Origin: a virus
Lineage: Duplodnaviria > Caudoviricetes
IMG/VR virus record: IMGVR_UViG_3300047319_000106
Location: 1,483 to 65,482 of that record
Strand: one strand, 5' to 3'
DNA length: 64,000 nucleotides
In this document: positions 37,118-47,235 of the stretch, in pieces
How the letters are laid out: each line of letters begins with the position of its first letter
Position numbering within the stretch: position 1 is the stretch's first letter
Made by a program: the position numbers and the translations under genes
The notes under the pieces: model-generated
Databases searched by the model: none
What the model saw: only the letters and a program-made list of their open reading frames with translations
What the model was told of the DNA's origin: nothing

Positions 37118-37702
37118 TTACTGCTCGACGACGAAGTCTGTCGTGTCAGGGTCGCGGTCGATCGTGCCGTGCGCCGACAGAAGATTGAGCACGCTGTACG
37201 TGCGCTCGACCTGACGACGCACGCGGAACGGAAGATCAAAGCGCCGCAGCCACTGCTGATTGAGCAGCTCTGGCGCGGCGGTCACGCGACCGACGTCGAC
37301 GAGGCCCATGCCGTCCAGCACGAGCATGCCGTGGTTCTGTGCAACGAAAATCCCGTCTCGCGCCTGCGCGGCGTATTGCATCGCGCTCGGCCCGTAGAAG
37401 CTGGCGAGCAGCGTGAGGATCTCGTTCCGGTAAAGCTTGTCAGTGCCGTCCGTATCAGGCACGTGGACAATCGTCGGTGCGAAATCCTGATCGATGTCCG
37501 TGATGCCGATGGCGCACCAGTTCTGGTTCGGCTCCGGCATCTTCGGCACGGTCGGCTGCCATCGCGGCCGCACCATCGCGCCGGGCAAACCGGTCAGCCC
37601 GACAACCAACTGCTGAAAGACTGCGTCGAGCGCGGCATCTTCGAGCGGCGGCGACGGCGCGTCCGGCTGGAGATAGCCGACGGTGCTGGAATCGTTCGCC
37701 AT
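37118..37702 (-). CDS. Tail terminator/neck protein
   Basis: GLTGLPGAMVRPRWQ motif; position before sheath. Confidence 0.75.
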   Translation of the reverse strand: MANDSSTVGYLQPDAPSPPLEDAALDAVFQQLVVGLTGLPGAMVRPRWQPTVPKMPEPNQNWCAIGITDIDQDFAPTIVHVPDTDGTDKLYRNEILTLLASFYGPSAMQYAAQARDGIFVAQNHGMLVLDGMGLVDVGRVTAAPELLNQQWLRRFDLPFRVRRQVERTYSVLNLLSAHGTIDRDPDTTDFVVEQ

Positions 37703-37703
37703 G

Positions 37704-38078
37704 TCAGCCTCCCGAGAACGGGATCAGCGCGCACTGCGCGGCCACGAATCCCTGCCCATACGTCGACCAGTCGCGCACGTTGACGACGGTGTATTGCCTG
37801 CCCTGCCACGTCACGACGTCGGCGTCGAAGCCGATCTTTCCGTCGATCAGTTGGAAGCGCGTGTGGATCGTGATCGATCCGTCGATGCGCGCGCCGTCCG
37901 GGCCGCGCATCAATTGATCGCCGGTGTCGTTCGTGACGACGCCGGAGAACGCCGAAACTGTCGGCGTGTTGACCGCCATGCCATCGTCGCCTACCGTCTG
38001 CGCGCTCCGCGTGCATGTCAGCGAGTTATCGACGAAATCCGGATCAGTCAGGAGGTCGGAGACGTCGAGTAGAGGCAT
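37704..38078 (-). CDS. Head closure protein
   Basis: MPLLDVSDLLTDPDF...ADVVTWQGRQY. Confidence 0.7.
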   Translation of the reverse strand: MPLLDVSDLLTDPDFVDNSLTCTRSAQTVGDDGMAVNTPTVSAFSGVVTNDTGDQLMRGPDGARIDGSITIHTRFQLIDGKIGFDADVVTWQGRQYTVVNVRDWSTYGQGFVAAQCALIPFSGG

Positions 38079-38080
38079 GG

Positions 38081-38563
38081 TCAGGTCTTTTTGCGGACCA
38101 CGTACGTTACGGAGTTCCGCAACTGTCCGGTGTCCACTAGGGTGTTGGTTCGAGTGACGCCGCGCGCGCGCCGCGCCGCAAGCGTCGAGTCAGCCAGTTT
38201 CGGCTGGATGTTGCTGTTGATCTTCGCGCGCGCCGCGTTCTGCCCGATGAGGCCCGCGGAGTGCAGCGTTTGATCCGCCTGATCTTGACCGTTCAGCGCA
38301 GCCTTCGCGCCCTTGCCGAGCCGGTCGGCGATGCGGTCCTGCGCGTCCCGCACGCCCGGGACGAGCCAGGGTCGCGCGGGGATATTCGCCCCTGGCGCGC
38401 CGTTCTCTTGGATGTAACCGATCTGCGCGTTGCTGATCGGCTCGTCATCCTTGCGCTCGGGCGCGCTGTCGGGGATGCCGACGAGCACGTCCTTCGTCGC
38501 TAGATCGCTCACTGCCTTGATGACGGACGCGATACGGTCGCGAGTGACCTTGACGCCGCTCAC
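38081..38563 (-). CDS. Neck/tail completion protein
   Basis: NIPARPWL and LVDTGQLRNSVTY. Confidence 0.75.
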   Translation of the reverse strand: MSGVKVTRDRIASVIKAVSDLATKDVLVGIPDSAPERKDDEPISNAQIGYIQENGAPGANIPARPWLVPGVRDAQDRIADRLGKGAKAALNGQDQADQTLHSAGLIGQNAARAKINSNIQPKLADSTLAARRARGVTRTNTLVDTGQLRNSVTYVVRKKT

Positions 38564-38949
38564 AATTGCATCCCGCCTGCGCCCATGAGGCGCGCCATGC
38601 CGAGGAAACGCGTGCCGTAGGAAGTGAGATTCCAGAAGCCCGCGTCGGCGAGGCTGGCCGCGCCAGTGTCGTAACTGGCGCTGACCTTGTCGACGGCCTT
38701 CGACGACATCGGCCCGGAGGATTGCCCCGGAATGCCGCCGCCGGCCGCCGCCTGCTGATCGCGCGCGGCGATCGCGAGATGATGCGCCGTGACGAGCTCA
38801 ATCCCGATGTTGGTCAACTCGCCCCAGCGGCACTCGTTCACGAGCGACGATCCAACCGTCAGCCACAGCGTGACCAGCGAATCGGGGTATCGCGTCGTGT
38901 CGGAGAACTCGGGGAAGTCGGATCGGAATTGATTGGCGTCCACGGTCAA
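38560..38949 (-). CDS. Head-tail adaptor (DUF4054-like)
   Basis: FRSDFPEF...VTAHHL...WNLTSYG. Confidence 0.85.
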   Translation of the reverse strand: MTVDANQFRSDFPEFSDTTRYPDSLVTLWLTVGSSLVNECRWGELTNIGIELVTAHHLAIAARDQQAAAGGGIPGQSSGPMSSKAVDKVSASYDTGAASLADAGFWNLTSYGTRFLGMARLMGAGGMQL

Positions 38950-39119
38950 GCCTTCGTCTTGGCGGTCTTCGTCTCGGGCTTCGCGACTTGCGCGTGCGCC
39001 TGGACGAACCAGTGATTGGCAGTCGAGTCGTCCACTTCATGCTCGCCGGCCGCGAACTCGCGTTGTTGGCCGGCGGCATCGGTGAGAACGAACGGCTTCT
39101 CAACGATGATCTTCGCCAT
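38946..39119 (-). CDS. Small head-associated protein (57 aa)
   Basis: MAKIIVEKPF...HWFVQAH, fills the gap after capsid. Confidence 0.65.
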   Translation of the reverse strand: MAKIIVEKPFVLTDAAGQQREFAAGEHEVDDSTANHWFVQAHAQVAKPETKTAKTKA

Positions 39120-39121
39120 CG

Positions 39122-40153
39122 TCAGATACCGTCACGGTAGCCGATCGTCTCCGGATACACCACTTCCACCACGCCCAGACGGCCGAAATAGGTCGTCATT
39201 TGGCGGATGTCGCGGTATTCCAGCGGCGTGCGCTGCAGCGGCACGAGCGGGAAGCGAACGCGCTCCGGATCCTTCGTGTACGCGACCATTCGGTTCGTGC
39301 TCGAAGTGCCGCGGCTCGTCAGCCACTTCGACGGCAGAATCTCCAGCGGACGGCCGTTGATGCTGTTCGACAACGAGTTCATCTTCAGGAACTCGAGCAC
39401 GCTGATATTGCCGGCCGAACTCACGAGCGTCGAGACGAGGCGCGAGTAGTTCAGCGGGTCGATCAGCAGACGATCCGGGCAAACGGCGTAAGCCGAGGCC
39501 GCCCACACGCTGTTCAAGAGTTCGTTGACGTCAGCGAGCTGCTGCGCCGCGGTCGCCGTGCCCCAGCCGCCCGTGACTGCGTTCGAGACGTTCGTCACAG
39601 CAGCGTTGTTGACGAGGCCCGTCACGCCGAGCACGGTGTCGCCGATGTAGACCTGCTCATCGACGTCCATGTTGTGCTTCAGGTTCATGCCGGCGAACTT
39701 CTGCTGATCCACCGGGCGGCCGAGCTTCTGAGCCGATTCCAGTTCCGGAATCGTCCAGCCGATCTGCATTGCCCAGAGGGTCAACGGGTTCGGCGTCTTG
39801 CCGATGTCCAGCGCGATGCCGGCGATTGCCGATGCATCCTTGCCGACCCACGACTTGCCGTTCGGCGATGCGCCACCGGCCGCCGCGAACGAGGAGTTCG
39901 TGAACGACGACGTTTCGTCGGCGATCGACACGTCTTCACGCAGGTCGATGTCGCGCGACCAGGTGACCGACGACAGCGGCATGTGCAGACGCTGATCGAG
40001 GCGTTCGAGTTCGCCGATCAGGAATGCGCCAGTGCTGTCGATCGTGTGGGAGTCGAACGTCAGCATGCTGTCGCGCGTGCGCGAGCGGGTGATGATCGAC
40101 GGCGCGCCAGCGATTGCCATTGCCATCGCCAGCGGTTTGATGATTTTGCTCAT
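39122..40153 (-). CDS. Major capsid protein (DUF2184/encapsulin-like)
   Basis: GAFLIGELERLD, NRMVAYTKD, GVVEVVYP. Confidence 0.9.
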   Translation of the reverse strand: MSKIIKPLAMAMAIAGAPSIITRSRTRDSMLTFDSHTIDSTGAFLIGELERLDQRLHMPLSSVTWSRDIDLREDVSIADETSSFTNSSFAAAGGASPNGKSWVGKDASAIAGIALDIGKTPNPLTLWAMQIGWTIPELESAQKLGRPVDQQKFAGMNLKHNMDVDEQVYIGDTVLGVTGLVNNAAVTNVSNAVTGGWGTATAAQQLADVNELLNSVWAASAYAVCPDRLLIDPLNYSRLVSTLVSSAGNISVLEFLKMNSLSNSINGRPLEILPSKWLTSRGTSSTNRMVAYTKDPERVRFPLVPLQRTPLEYRDIRQMTTYFGRLGVVEVVYPETIGYRDGI

Positions 40154-40167
40154 GTGGTGATGGCCCC

Positions 40168-40656
40168 TTAGATGTTGAAGGCGATTTCGACGTTGCCGTT
40201 CGCGTCGCCCGCGTTCATGAACGTCGCGCCGGTGATGGCGATCGTGTTGGTGGAGTCGGCCGCAGCTTCGATACCGCCGATCGGCTTTCCAGCACCCGCC
40301 GTTGCGACGCGCACATAGACCTGACTGCCGAGCGCCGGCGTGCCTGCGTTGTTCTTCACGGTCATGTAGCCGCGGCGCAGGATGTCGGCCATGCCGGTCG
40401 TCGGCGGCGTCGACGTGCCGAGCGGGTCTTGCGACGACACGGTCGGATACGGCCGCACGAGCAGGCCGTAGACGACGGCAGCCGTATCACCCGCGCCCAC
40501 CGGAACGAACTTGCCGCTCGACACCTTGCCGAACAGGCCGTAGCCGGGGAAAGCCGAAGCCGAGTTCAGTACGCCCGGCTCGACGGTTGCTTGCGACTGG
40601 CGCGAGATGTCGCCAGGGATGCCCGAAGGCATGCGGAACAGAATTGCGTTGCCCAT
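40168..40656 (-). CDS. Capsid cement/decoration protein
   Basis: 162 aa between protease and capsid, GLLVRPYP. Confidence 0.75.
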   Translation of the reverse strand: MGNAILFRMPSGIPGDISRQSQATVEPGVLNSASAFPGYGLFGKVSSGKFVPVGAGDTAAVVYGLLVRPYPTVSSQDPLGTSTPPTTGMADILRRGYMTVKNNAGTPALGSQVYVRVATAGAGKPIGGIEAAADSTNTIAITGATFMNAGDANGNVEIAFNI

Positions 40657-40667
40657 TAGGCTTCTCC

Positions 40668-41927
40668 TTACTTGGCGGACCGATCGGCCCAGTATTCGCG
40701 GTTGCGTTGGTTGATGTCGGCGACGGTCGAGCGCTTGCCGAAGTCCTTCGTCGGCGCAGCCGATGCGTGCGCACCGCCGTTGTTCTGCGCTTTCATGAGC
40801 TCAGAAGCACCCATGAACGTGGCGTTGACCAATGCGACGGGCATCGCCTCGAAGTCGGCCGTCTTGCCACCGATGAACGGGGCGATCGCCGCGCGACCTG
40901 CATCGGTCTGGTACGCCAGATCGAGCGCCTTGCGTTGGCACTTGCAGAGCGATGCAGCCTGGTCGGCGGTGCTCGCCTTCGAGTCGAGCGTCGGCAGTTT
41001 GATGCCGGGCGACAGGATCTCGGCGCGCGAGAGGATCGTCTTCGCGGAGTCGCCGGTATAGAGATCGACTTCCGACTGGTTCAGCTTGCCAGCCTGTTCA
41101 GCCTCGAGGACGTCGTCGCCGGTCTCAGCCGTCTCTTCTTCCTCGTCTTCGTCGTCGCCGTCTGCGTCCTTGGCTTGCGCCTTTACGAGCGTCGCGAGCG
41201 AGGCGAGGAGCGCGTCTTGCGCTTCCATGCGCTTCATCAGCGTCTTGAGCAGAGCGGCGTCGCCGGTCTTTTCCTTCTTCTCTTCGAGCTCCTCCGACTC
41301 TTCGTCGTCGGTCTCTTTCTTCTCTTCCATCTCGGCTTCCGCGTCCTTCATCAGAGCGCGAAGCTTGTCGAGAAAGGTGGGTTTCTTCTTCATGTCGAGT
41401 TCCTTATCGCCTATGGCGCAGCGGCTGCCGCACCGACCGCGCTCAACGAGCGCAACGTGATTGCCAACAATTTCGCGCTGCACTCCGCGCCCTGGCTCTA
41501 CCTGCTCATACCCCGCGTCGTATCCGCACGAAACCTCGCGCAGACCGGCGCGCACATCATCGATTGCTTTCTGGTTCGTCAGCATCAGATCCGCGAGCAG
41601 CAGATCGTTCTCGATACCAGTGCCGCGGCGCACGTTCATCACGGTGCCGACAGCGAGTTGATTCCAGTTCGACGGGTTCACAAAGTCGTCGGGGTGATCC
41701 ATCGTCACCGCCGCGCCTTCGAAACTGGCGATGGTCTCAGGCCGGAAGACTTCGGCAGCATCGCGCGAGACGCGGATCAGGCCGTCGCGGCTCGGCTCGA
41801 CCGGCACTTCACCGGCGCCGTAGAGCATTTCTCCAGTCCGCGCGATCGGGACGTCATGGCACACGAGGAATCCGGACGGCGTCACGGACTGCTTCGGGCC
41901 GAGTGTTTCGACGGTGTAAAAGCGCAT
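40668..41927 (-). CDS. Prohead protease/scaffold (DUF2213-like)
   Basis: PIARTG, EVSCGY, NHVALVERGRCG; acidic scaffold tail. Confidence 0.9.
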   Translation of the reverse strand: MRFYTVETLGPKQSVTPSGFLVCHDVPIARTGEMLYGAGEVPVEPSRDGLIRVSRDAAEVFRPETIASFEGAAVTMDHPDDFVNPSNWNQLAVGTVMNVRRGTGIENDLLLADLMLTNQKAIDDVRAGLREVSCGYDAGYEQVEPGRGVQREIVGNHVALVERGRCGSRCAIGDKELDMKKKPTFLDKLRALMKDAEAEMEEKKETDDEESEELEEKKEKTGDAALLKTLMKRMEAQDALLASLATLVKAQAKDADGDDEDEEEETAETGDDVLEAEQAGKLNQSEVDLYTGDSAKTILSRAEILSPGIKLPTLDSKASTADQAASLCKCQRKALDLAYQTDAGRAAIAPFIGGKTADFEAMPVALVNATFMGASELMKAQNNGGAHASAAPTKDFGKRSTVADINQRNREYWADRSAK

Positions 41928-41928
41928 A

Positions 41929-42687
41929 TCAGTCAGGAATGACCGGTTCCGGATAGCACCGGCAGTTGTAGATCTGGCCGGCGTGCGTGACCGTGCCATC
42001 GGATAGCCGCGGTGGCGTATCCCATCGCACGTACTTGCCGTTCATCTCGCGGTGCGAGTGGCGCACGTCCGAGTCGTTCGACGTCCGCCAGATGTAGCCT
42101 TCAGAGCCGATGTGCTCGGCGCGCGCCTGCGTCAGCACTGAGGCGGTGCGGGCGACCTCGGTCCGCGCGATCAGGTTGGCGCGGTTCTTCGAGACCAGGC
42201 CAGAGCGCTGGATCTCTTTCGAGATCTCCTTCGCGCGCGTGCTGTCCTCGATGCCTTTCAGCGTCAGGTCGTGCACGCGTTGCGCGGCGTCGAGCGGCAG
42301 GCTCTTAATCAGCGTCACCTGCTCGGCGAGCAGCGCGCGCATGATCTCGCCAGTCGGCGCCGTGCGCAGTTCTTCGCGCAGCGCGCGCGACATTTCTTTC
42401 GCCTGCTCAGCCCACGCAGCCTCATCGCGCCGGTTGACGTCGAACAGCATGCGCGCGGCGGTCGCCTCGGCCCACGGCGTGAGCGCTTCGGCGTAGCGCC
42501 GCAGCATGTCGGTCATCGTCGGCACGACGGACGGATCGCCCGGCGGGAACCCGTTGATCAGATCGCCGACTTGTTGCGCGACGCGGCGCAGCTTTAGCGC
42601 GTATTGCGTTTCCGCTCTACGCGTTTGCGGCTGGCTGCTCCGGCTCCGGCTGCGTTTCTTGTCCTGCGTTCGGAGCATTGGGGTCAA
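41929..42687 (-). CDS. Minor head protein (MuF/gp7-like)
   Basis: RANLIARTE, YIWRT..D..VRHSH, NCRC. Confidence 0.9.
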   Translation of the reverse strand: MTPMLRTQDKKRSRSRSSQPQTRRAETQYALKLRRVAQQVGDLINGFPPGDPSVVPTMTDMLRRYAEALTPWAEATAARMLFDVNRRDEAAWAEQAKEMSRALREELRTAPTGEIMRALLAEQVTLIKSLPLDAAQRVHDLTLKGIEDSTRAKEISKEIQRSGLVSKNRANLIARTEVARTASVLTQARAEHIGSEGYIWRTSNDSDVRHSHREMNGKYVRWDTPPRLSDGTVTHAGQIYNCRCYPEPVIPD

Positions 42688-44065
42688 TCTCGGTCAGGTC
42701 CGGCAGTTCGTCGTCGGCCTCGTTGATCATCTCGTCGGTGATGTTCGACCAGACGCCGGTGATGTGGCTCGACTGGCGCAACTCCTTCAGCGCGGTCTGC
42801 TGACTGATCAGGCCGTCGTCGTACGCGCCGGTGACTGTCTGCGTCGTCTTCTGCGCGATGTCCGCCTTCTCGCTGTCGGACAGTTGCCACAGCGGGTTGA
42901 ACCCGAACTGGAAACCTTCCGGCGGCTCGATGCCTAGCTCAGAGCGCACGATCACCTCAAGCAGGCGCGTCAGCGGAAGGCGAAGCCTGCGCTCTTGCTG
43001 CTGCTTGATGTTGTCGTAGTAGTTGCGGACGTCCGACTCGCCGGTGCTGTTGAGGCCGGCCGGCGACTGACCGAACAGACGAACTAGCGGAATTCCGGTC
43101 GCGCCGGAAAGCTGCTGCCCGAACTGCAGAAGCACGTTGTCGAGGCCAGAAAACGAATACTGGTGAGACTCGAACTTGTCCTTCGCGTCGATGAGGGTGA
43201 TCCCCTCGTTCGACTGGAAGCGCCGAATCATCTCGACGTTCTTCAGCAGAGCCTCGAGCGCAGGGCCGCCCATGCCGATCACTTCGCGCAGGCCATCGAC
43301 AGCGAGCGTGCGCAGATGCGCCTTGTAGACGAGCTGCGCCGCGCCGGCCGTTGTGCTGTCGAAGGCGATCAGCCGATCGAACAAGCGCTCAACGACCGAT
43401 TGGCCCCACAGGTTTTCGCTGATCTTCTGCCAGTACGGTAATTCGACGCCGTCGAGCCGGATCACGCGGCTGTAGTGGATGCGCTGACGCGCGAGCGCCA
43501 TCGAATCCGCGACGATGTCGTAAAACTTCGGCTGCCCGAGATCGGGGCCGAAATCGGTCACGAGATCGTTGAGCGACGGCTGAACAAGCCACCGGTCGAG
43601 CACGAGAATGCCCTTGAACTGATCCTGTGCGATCGAATCCAGCTTCAGCGGCGTACGCATGTTCTGGCCGTCGATCATCATCACGCCGATGGCGCCACCG
43701 TAGAGGCGCGACCACTTGACCGTGTCGTTGATGCGATCCCAGATCGCCATGCGCTCGAACGCCGCATGAATCTGGTCCATCTGATCCGGCGGCAGGTCCG
43801 ATTCGATCTCGATGCCCGCGCGCGTCATGTCGTCGGCGACACAGTCCACGACCGCGCCCACAACCCACGACGAGCGATACATCGCTTCGAGTTGGATGCG
43901 ATTCCGACTGATGAAGTCGAATCCGTATCCCGAGCCGGACGTTTGGTTGTTCGTGCCGTAGCCGACGCGCGCTTCGAAGTTCTGGAAGCTGTCGCCGGCC
44001 ACCCATCGCTTGGCAGTCTCTGCCTTTGCGACGCGCGCGACCGTATTTCCTCGTTTGCGTGTCAT
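42617..44065 (-). CDS. Portal protein (DUF1073-like)
   Basis: WSRLYGG, IPLVRLFGQSPAGLNSTGESD..NYYD. Confidence 0.9.
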   Translation of the reverse strand: MTRKRGNTVARVAKAETAKRWVAGDSFQNFEARVGYGTNNQTSGSGYGFDFISRNRIQLEAMYRSSWVVGAVVDCVADDMTRAGIEIESDLPPDQMDQIHAAFERMAIWDRINDTVKWSRLYGGAIGVMMIDGQNMRTPLKLDSIAQDQFKGILVLDRWLVQPSLNDLVTDFGPDLGQPKFYDIVADSMALARQRIHYSRVIRLDGVELPYWQKISENLWGQSVVERLFDRLIAFDSTTAGAAQLVYKAHLRTLAVDGLREVIGMGGPALEALLKNVEMIRRFQSNEGITLIDAKDKFESHQYSFSGLDNVLLQFGQQLSGATGIPLVRLFGQSPAGLNSTGESDVRNYYDNIKQQQERRLRLPLTRLLEVIVRSELGIEPPEGFQFGFNPLWQLSDSEKADIAQKTTQTVTGAYDDGLISQQTALKELRQSSHITGVWSNITDEMINEADDELPDLTEIDPNAPNAGQETQPEPEQPAANA

Positions 44066-44108
44066 GTAAGAAAAATCCTTGCTTGCCACGCGGGAGGCGT
44101 CAGCATGT

Positions 44109-45518
44109 TTAACCAGCCAGCCTCGACCAGACGTCGAGCGCACCGGCGTTCGGCGGGAAGCACATCACGAAGGCGTCAGCCAAGTTCGGAGACGGCACCG
44201 GGCCGCCCTCGCGGTTCGCCTTGGCGAGATCCTTTTTGCTTTCCACCTTCACGCGCCCGTTCTGGTCGTAGTCGCGCTTCGGCGTTGCGAGCTCATCAAT
44301 CAGGCGGTCGAGGAACGGCGTCTCGCTGGAGATGCTGATAAGTTGGTCGTCCGAGAACTTCTCGCCGTTGCGCACCGCGTTGAATGTGTTGCGGAAGCGG
44401 TCAGCGACCAGCCACCACGCCTGCGCCTTGATGTTCGAGAACATGTCGCCGTTCTTGATGCCAGGCTGATAGTTCCGATCTGGCTCCCACACGGCGCCGC
44501 CGGCGTTGAACTTGTCGTAGCGCACCATGAAGGTTTCGCCTTCCGCGCGCCGCGCCTCGTTGATCTCAGCGAACTTGGAGCCGGCAGTTGCACCGACGCC
44601 GATCGAGTCGTAGGTGACGGCGGCCTCGCGCTCCTTCGCAGCGTTGTACGTCCGCTTGCACGACTTCATCAACTCATCTTCGCCAGCCTTCCATTCGTCG
44701 ACCCAGTCGACTACGGAGCCGTGTGCATAGACGTTTGCGCACTTGTCCGAGCCGCTGTCTGCGACGTCGAAGCCAATGCGCTTGATGCCGCGCGCCTCGA
44801 AACCGAGCACCTTGTGCGCGTCGATCGCGGCCATGATCCAAGAGCGCTTGATGATCGATCCTTCGTCGTCATCGCGCGGCACACCCAGATAGATGTGCTC
44901 GAAGTCCTCGTAATCCTCAGCCTTGGCCGCCTCGATCAGCTCGAGCATCGTGCCGGAGAGGAACGGGTTCTCCGTATAGTTGATTTGCCGGACGATCGTC
45001 TTCGGCGGCGGATTCTTGACGAACCGCTTGTAGACAAAGTCCGTAGAGAGCTTCGGGTTGAAGATGATCCAGAACTGCGAGCCGGATTTCCGCAGCGTCG
45101 GGTTCAGGATTTCCCACTGTTCCTCGGTGAGGTTGTGAGCCTCCTCGATCCAGCAAACGTCGATGCCTTCGAGCGATTTGATTTCATCGATCGAACGCCA
45201 CAGACCGTAGAACAGGAATTCGCTTCCCGTAACCCGGTTGATGATCTTGTCACGCTGGATGTCGAAGCGATCCAACATGCCGAACCGCTCGATCTGCACC
45301 TTCAGCAGCGAATAGACCGACTCCGCGATCTTGTTCTGGAACTGCCGCGCGCAGAGGAAACGGATCTTGTACGTGTTCGTCAGGAACACGGCGAAGCCCG
45401 CCGCATCCCATGACTTTGAACTCGCCCGCCCGCCGTGCAGCACGCGGTTACGCGCCGGAGCCAACCAGAACTTGCGTAGCGCCGGGTTAAGCGTCGCCCT
45501 CTTCGTCTGAGCCTGCAT
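44109..45518 (-). CDS. terL: Terminase large subunit (PBSX-like)
   Basis: GGRASSKS, WIEEA, FNP, GFDVAD, SPNLADA. Confidence 0.95.
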   Translation of the reverse strand: MQAQTKRATLNPALRKFWLAPARNRVLHGGRASSKSWDAAGFAVFLTNTYKIRFLCARQFQNKIAESVYSLLKVQIERFGMLDRFDIQRDKIINRVTGSEFLFYGLWRSIDEIKSLEGIDVCWIEEAHNLTEEQWEILNPTLRKSGSQFWIIFNPKLSTDFVYKRFVKNPPPKTIVRQINYTENPFLSGTMLELIEAAKAEDYEDFEHIYLGVPRDDDEGSIIKRSWIMAAIDAHKVLGFEARGIKRIGFDVADSGSDKCANVYAHGSVVDWVDEWKAGEDELMKSCKRTYNAAKEREAAVTYDSIGVGATAGSKFAEINEARRAEGETFMVRYDKFNAGGAVWEPDRNYQPGIKNGDMFSNIKAQAWWLVADRFRNTFNAVRNGEKFSDDQLISISSETPFLDRLIDELATPKRDYDQNGRVKVESKKDLAKANREGGPVPSPNLADAFVMCFPPNAGALDVWSRLAG

Positions 45519-46119
45519 AGAAGTGATCCAGCCCCGCGGGCGCTTCGGTTCCGCCGCCGTCGTGCGCGCCGGTGATGCCGTACGCCTCACGCTCCAGGCC
45601 GATCAAGGTTTTGAGCGTCTCCGAAAGCTGCTTCATGCTGCTCACGCGGCCAGTGCTAGAGATGACCTTCTGATAGAGGTCGTTCCGCTTGTCGTTGCCA
45701 CGCTCATCTGGCGAGCGGAGCATTTCGCCGAGCTGCTCGAACAGTTCGCGGTTCTCGGTGACGCTCTCCAGTTCTCCGAGCAGCGCCATCGCCAGGCGGC
45801 GAGAGCGCGCGATGTCGGAGCGATGAGCCAGCCGAATATTCGCGATGACCTCGGCATTACCCTCGACGATCACCCTGTCGGTTACCGCCTGTTCGTTGGT
45901 AACCTCAGTGGTAACCGTGCGCGTGGTAACCAGCGCCTCAGCCTTTGCCTGTATGCGTTTGGCGAGATCGCGGTCCCATCCGTCACGCTTGGCGCGCTTC
46001 GAGATGGCAGCGTGCGAAATACCTTGGGAGGCGGCGATCTCCCGCACCGACAGGACGCCGGCCCGGTAATCCGCTTCAATGCGCTCCCAGTCCGGCGCGG
46101 CCTTCTTTTGCTGCGCCAT
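45487..46119 (-). CDS. terS: Terminase small subunit
   Basis: PDWERIEADYRAG..SVREIA HTH, directly before terL. Confidence 0.85.
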   Translation of the reverse strand: MAQQKKAAPDWERIEADYRAGVLSVREIAASQGISHAAISKRAKRDGWDRDLAKRIQAKAEALVTTRTVTTEVTNEQAVTDRVIVEGNAEVIANIRLAHRSDIARSRRLAMALLGELESVTENRELFEQLGEMLRSPDERGNDKRNDLYQKVISSTGRVSSMKQLSETLKTLIGLEREAYGITGAHDGGGTEAPAGLDHFYAGSDEEGDA

Positions 46120-46206
46120 TGCGAATTCTCAAAAAGAAACGCCCGCCCGGAGTTACCCGGCGCGGGCGCAAACCCTCTGACGAGGACTGGAGGAGACTAC
46201 GAGGAT

Positions 46207-46416
46207 TCAGATTTCCGGCAGCAGCTTGCGCAGTCGATCGAATTTCGCATCGAGATGAGCGCGGGCGTCTGCCGACAAGACGCGGATGTTGCCTACGAAC
46301 CGCTCCAGGCTGTCGACGATCGCATGCATCTCAATCGCATCTTCGCCCGGCGCTTCAGCATAGCCCTTTGGGTCGTACCACTCGGTGCTGCTGGGTTCTG
46401 CGGACATGACTATCAT
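46207..46416 (-). CDS. Hypothetical protein
   Basis: ATGA-coupled to the upstream ORF. Confidence 0.45.
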   Translation of the reverse strand: MIVMSAEPSSTEWYDPKGYAEAPGEDAIEMHAIVDSLERFVGNIRVLSADARAHLDAKFDRLRKLLPEI

Positions 46417-46676
46417 CCCTGGAAAACTGCACAGATTGCGCCGCCGAGGCCAGTCGGGCACCCAGCGTTCGGGCAGACGTAGCCCATAACCTCGCCGAGC
46501 TTCAGCCCGCACTTCACGCACCAGGGGAGCGGAAGCTGGTACGGCTCGGGATATGGCAGCGGCTGCGTCGCCGGCTTTGCCTCAAACGGCCCGAGCACGC
46601 GGCGTGTCGCGTCTCTCCTCTCAAGCTCCGAGACGCGGCGTTCGAGATCGGCGATACGCTGTTCTGCGTCAGACAT
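46413..46676 (-). CDS. Small Cys-containing protein
   Basis: AGGAG SD; CVKC...CPNAGC. Confidence 0.6.
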   Translation of the reverse strand: MSDAEQRIADLERRVSELERRDATRRVLGPFEAKPATQPLPYPEPYQLPLPWCVKCGLKLGEVMGYVCPNAGCPTGLGGAICAVFQG

Positions 46677-47125
46677 GCGTTGCTCCTACTTCACTGCGAA
46701 GAACGCCGACGCGTCGTCGAGCGCCCGAGTCCAAGCGTGCGTCATGCGCGCGCAGGCGTTGAGCCAGATGCTGATGCCTTCGAGCACGTCTTCGACGTCT
46801 AACATGGCGCGCCTCGCAACTTGCATCAAAGGGAAATGCGACCTAGGCTCGAAGAGCCTACCGCGCGCCACATAGCCACATCACAGATGAGCCATCTCGT
46901 CCGGGTCGTGACACTTCCTGCCATCGTAGATCGGCTGATCGCACCAGAAGCATCGATTGGGCGAGATACGCGAGAAGTATCGATTCGACATTGGGCGAGA
47001 GCTTGAACCGCGTCTTCCGGAGTTGGATTCGCGGGGCGAGCGGAAGGGGTTGCGCTCTCATGCGCGCTCACTGCCCCGTATGTGATCCGGGTTCCTGCCC
47101 TGAGCAGAAAGCGCACATCAGAACG

Positions 47126-47151
47126 CAAAAAGCCCGCTCAGTGGCGGGCTT
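47126..47151 (-). terminator. tR'-like terminator
   Basis: AAGCCCGC-CACTGA-GCGGGCTTTTT about 85 nt after the late promoter. Confidence 0.7.
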
Positions 47152-47235
47152 CTCTATCGACGACTATGCCTCCCATTCCGGGAAGCTAAGATCACGCACA
47201 AGGCGGCAGATAGTCATCTCGAACAACGGTAGATC

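Noticed and set aside
66-46482. Many long opposite-strand or alternate-frame ORFs in the track (e.g. 4358-5920, 8378-10030, 33099-34778, 35397-37100, 40302-41942)
   Set aside because: Shadow ORFs typical of high-GC coding DNA, Arg-rich and without motifs
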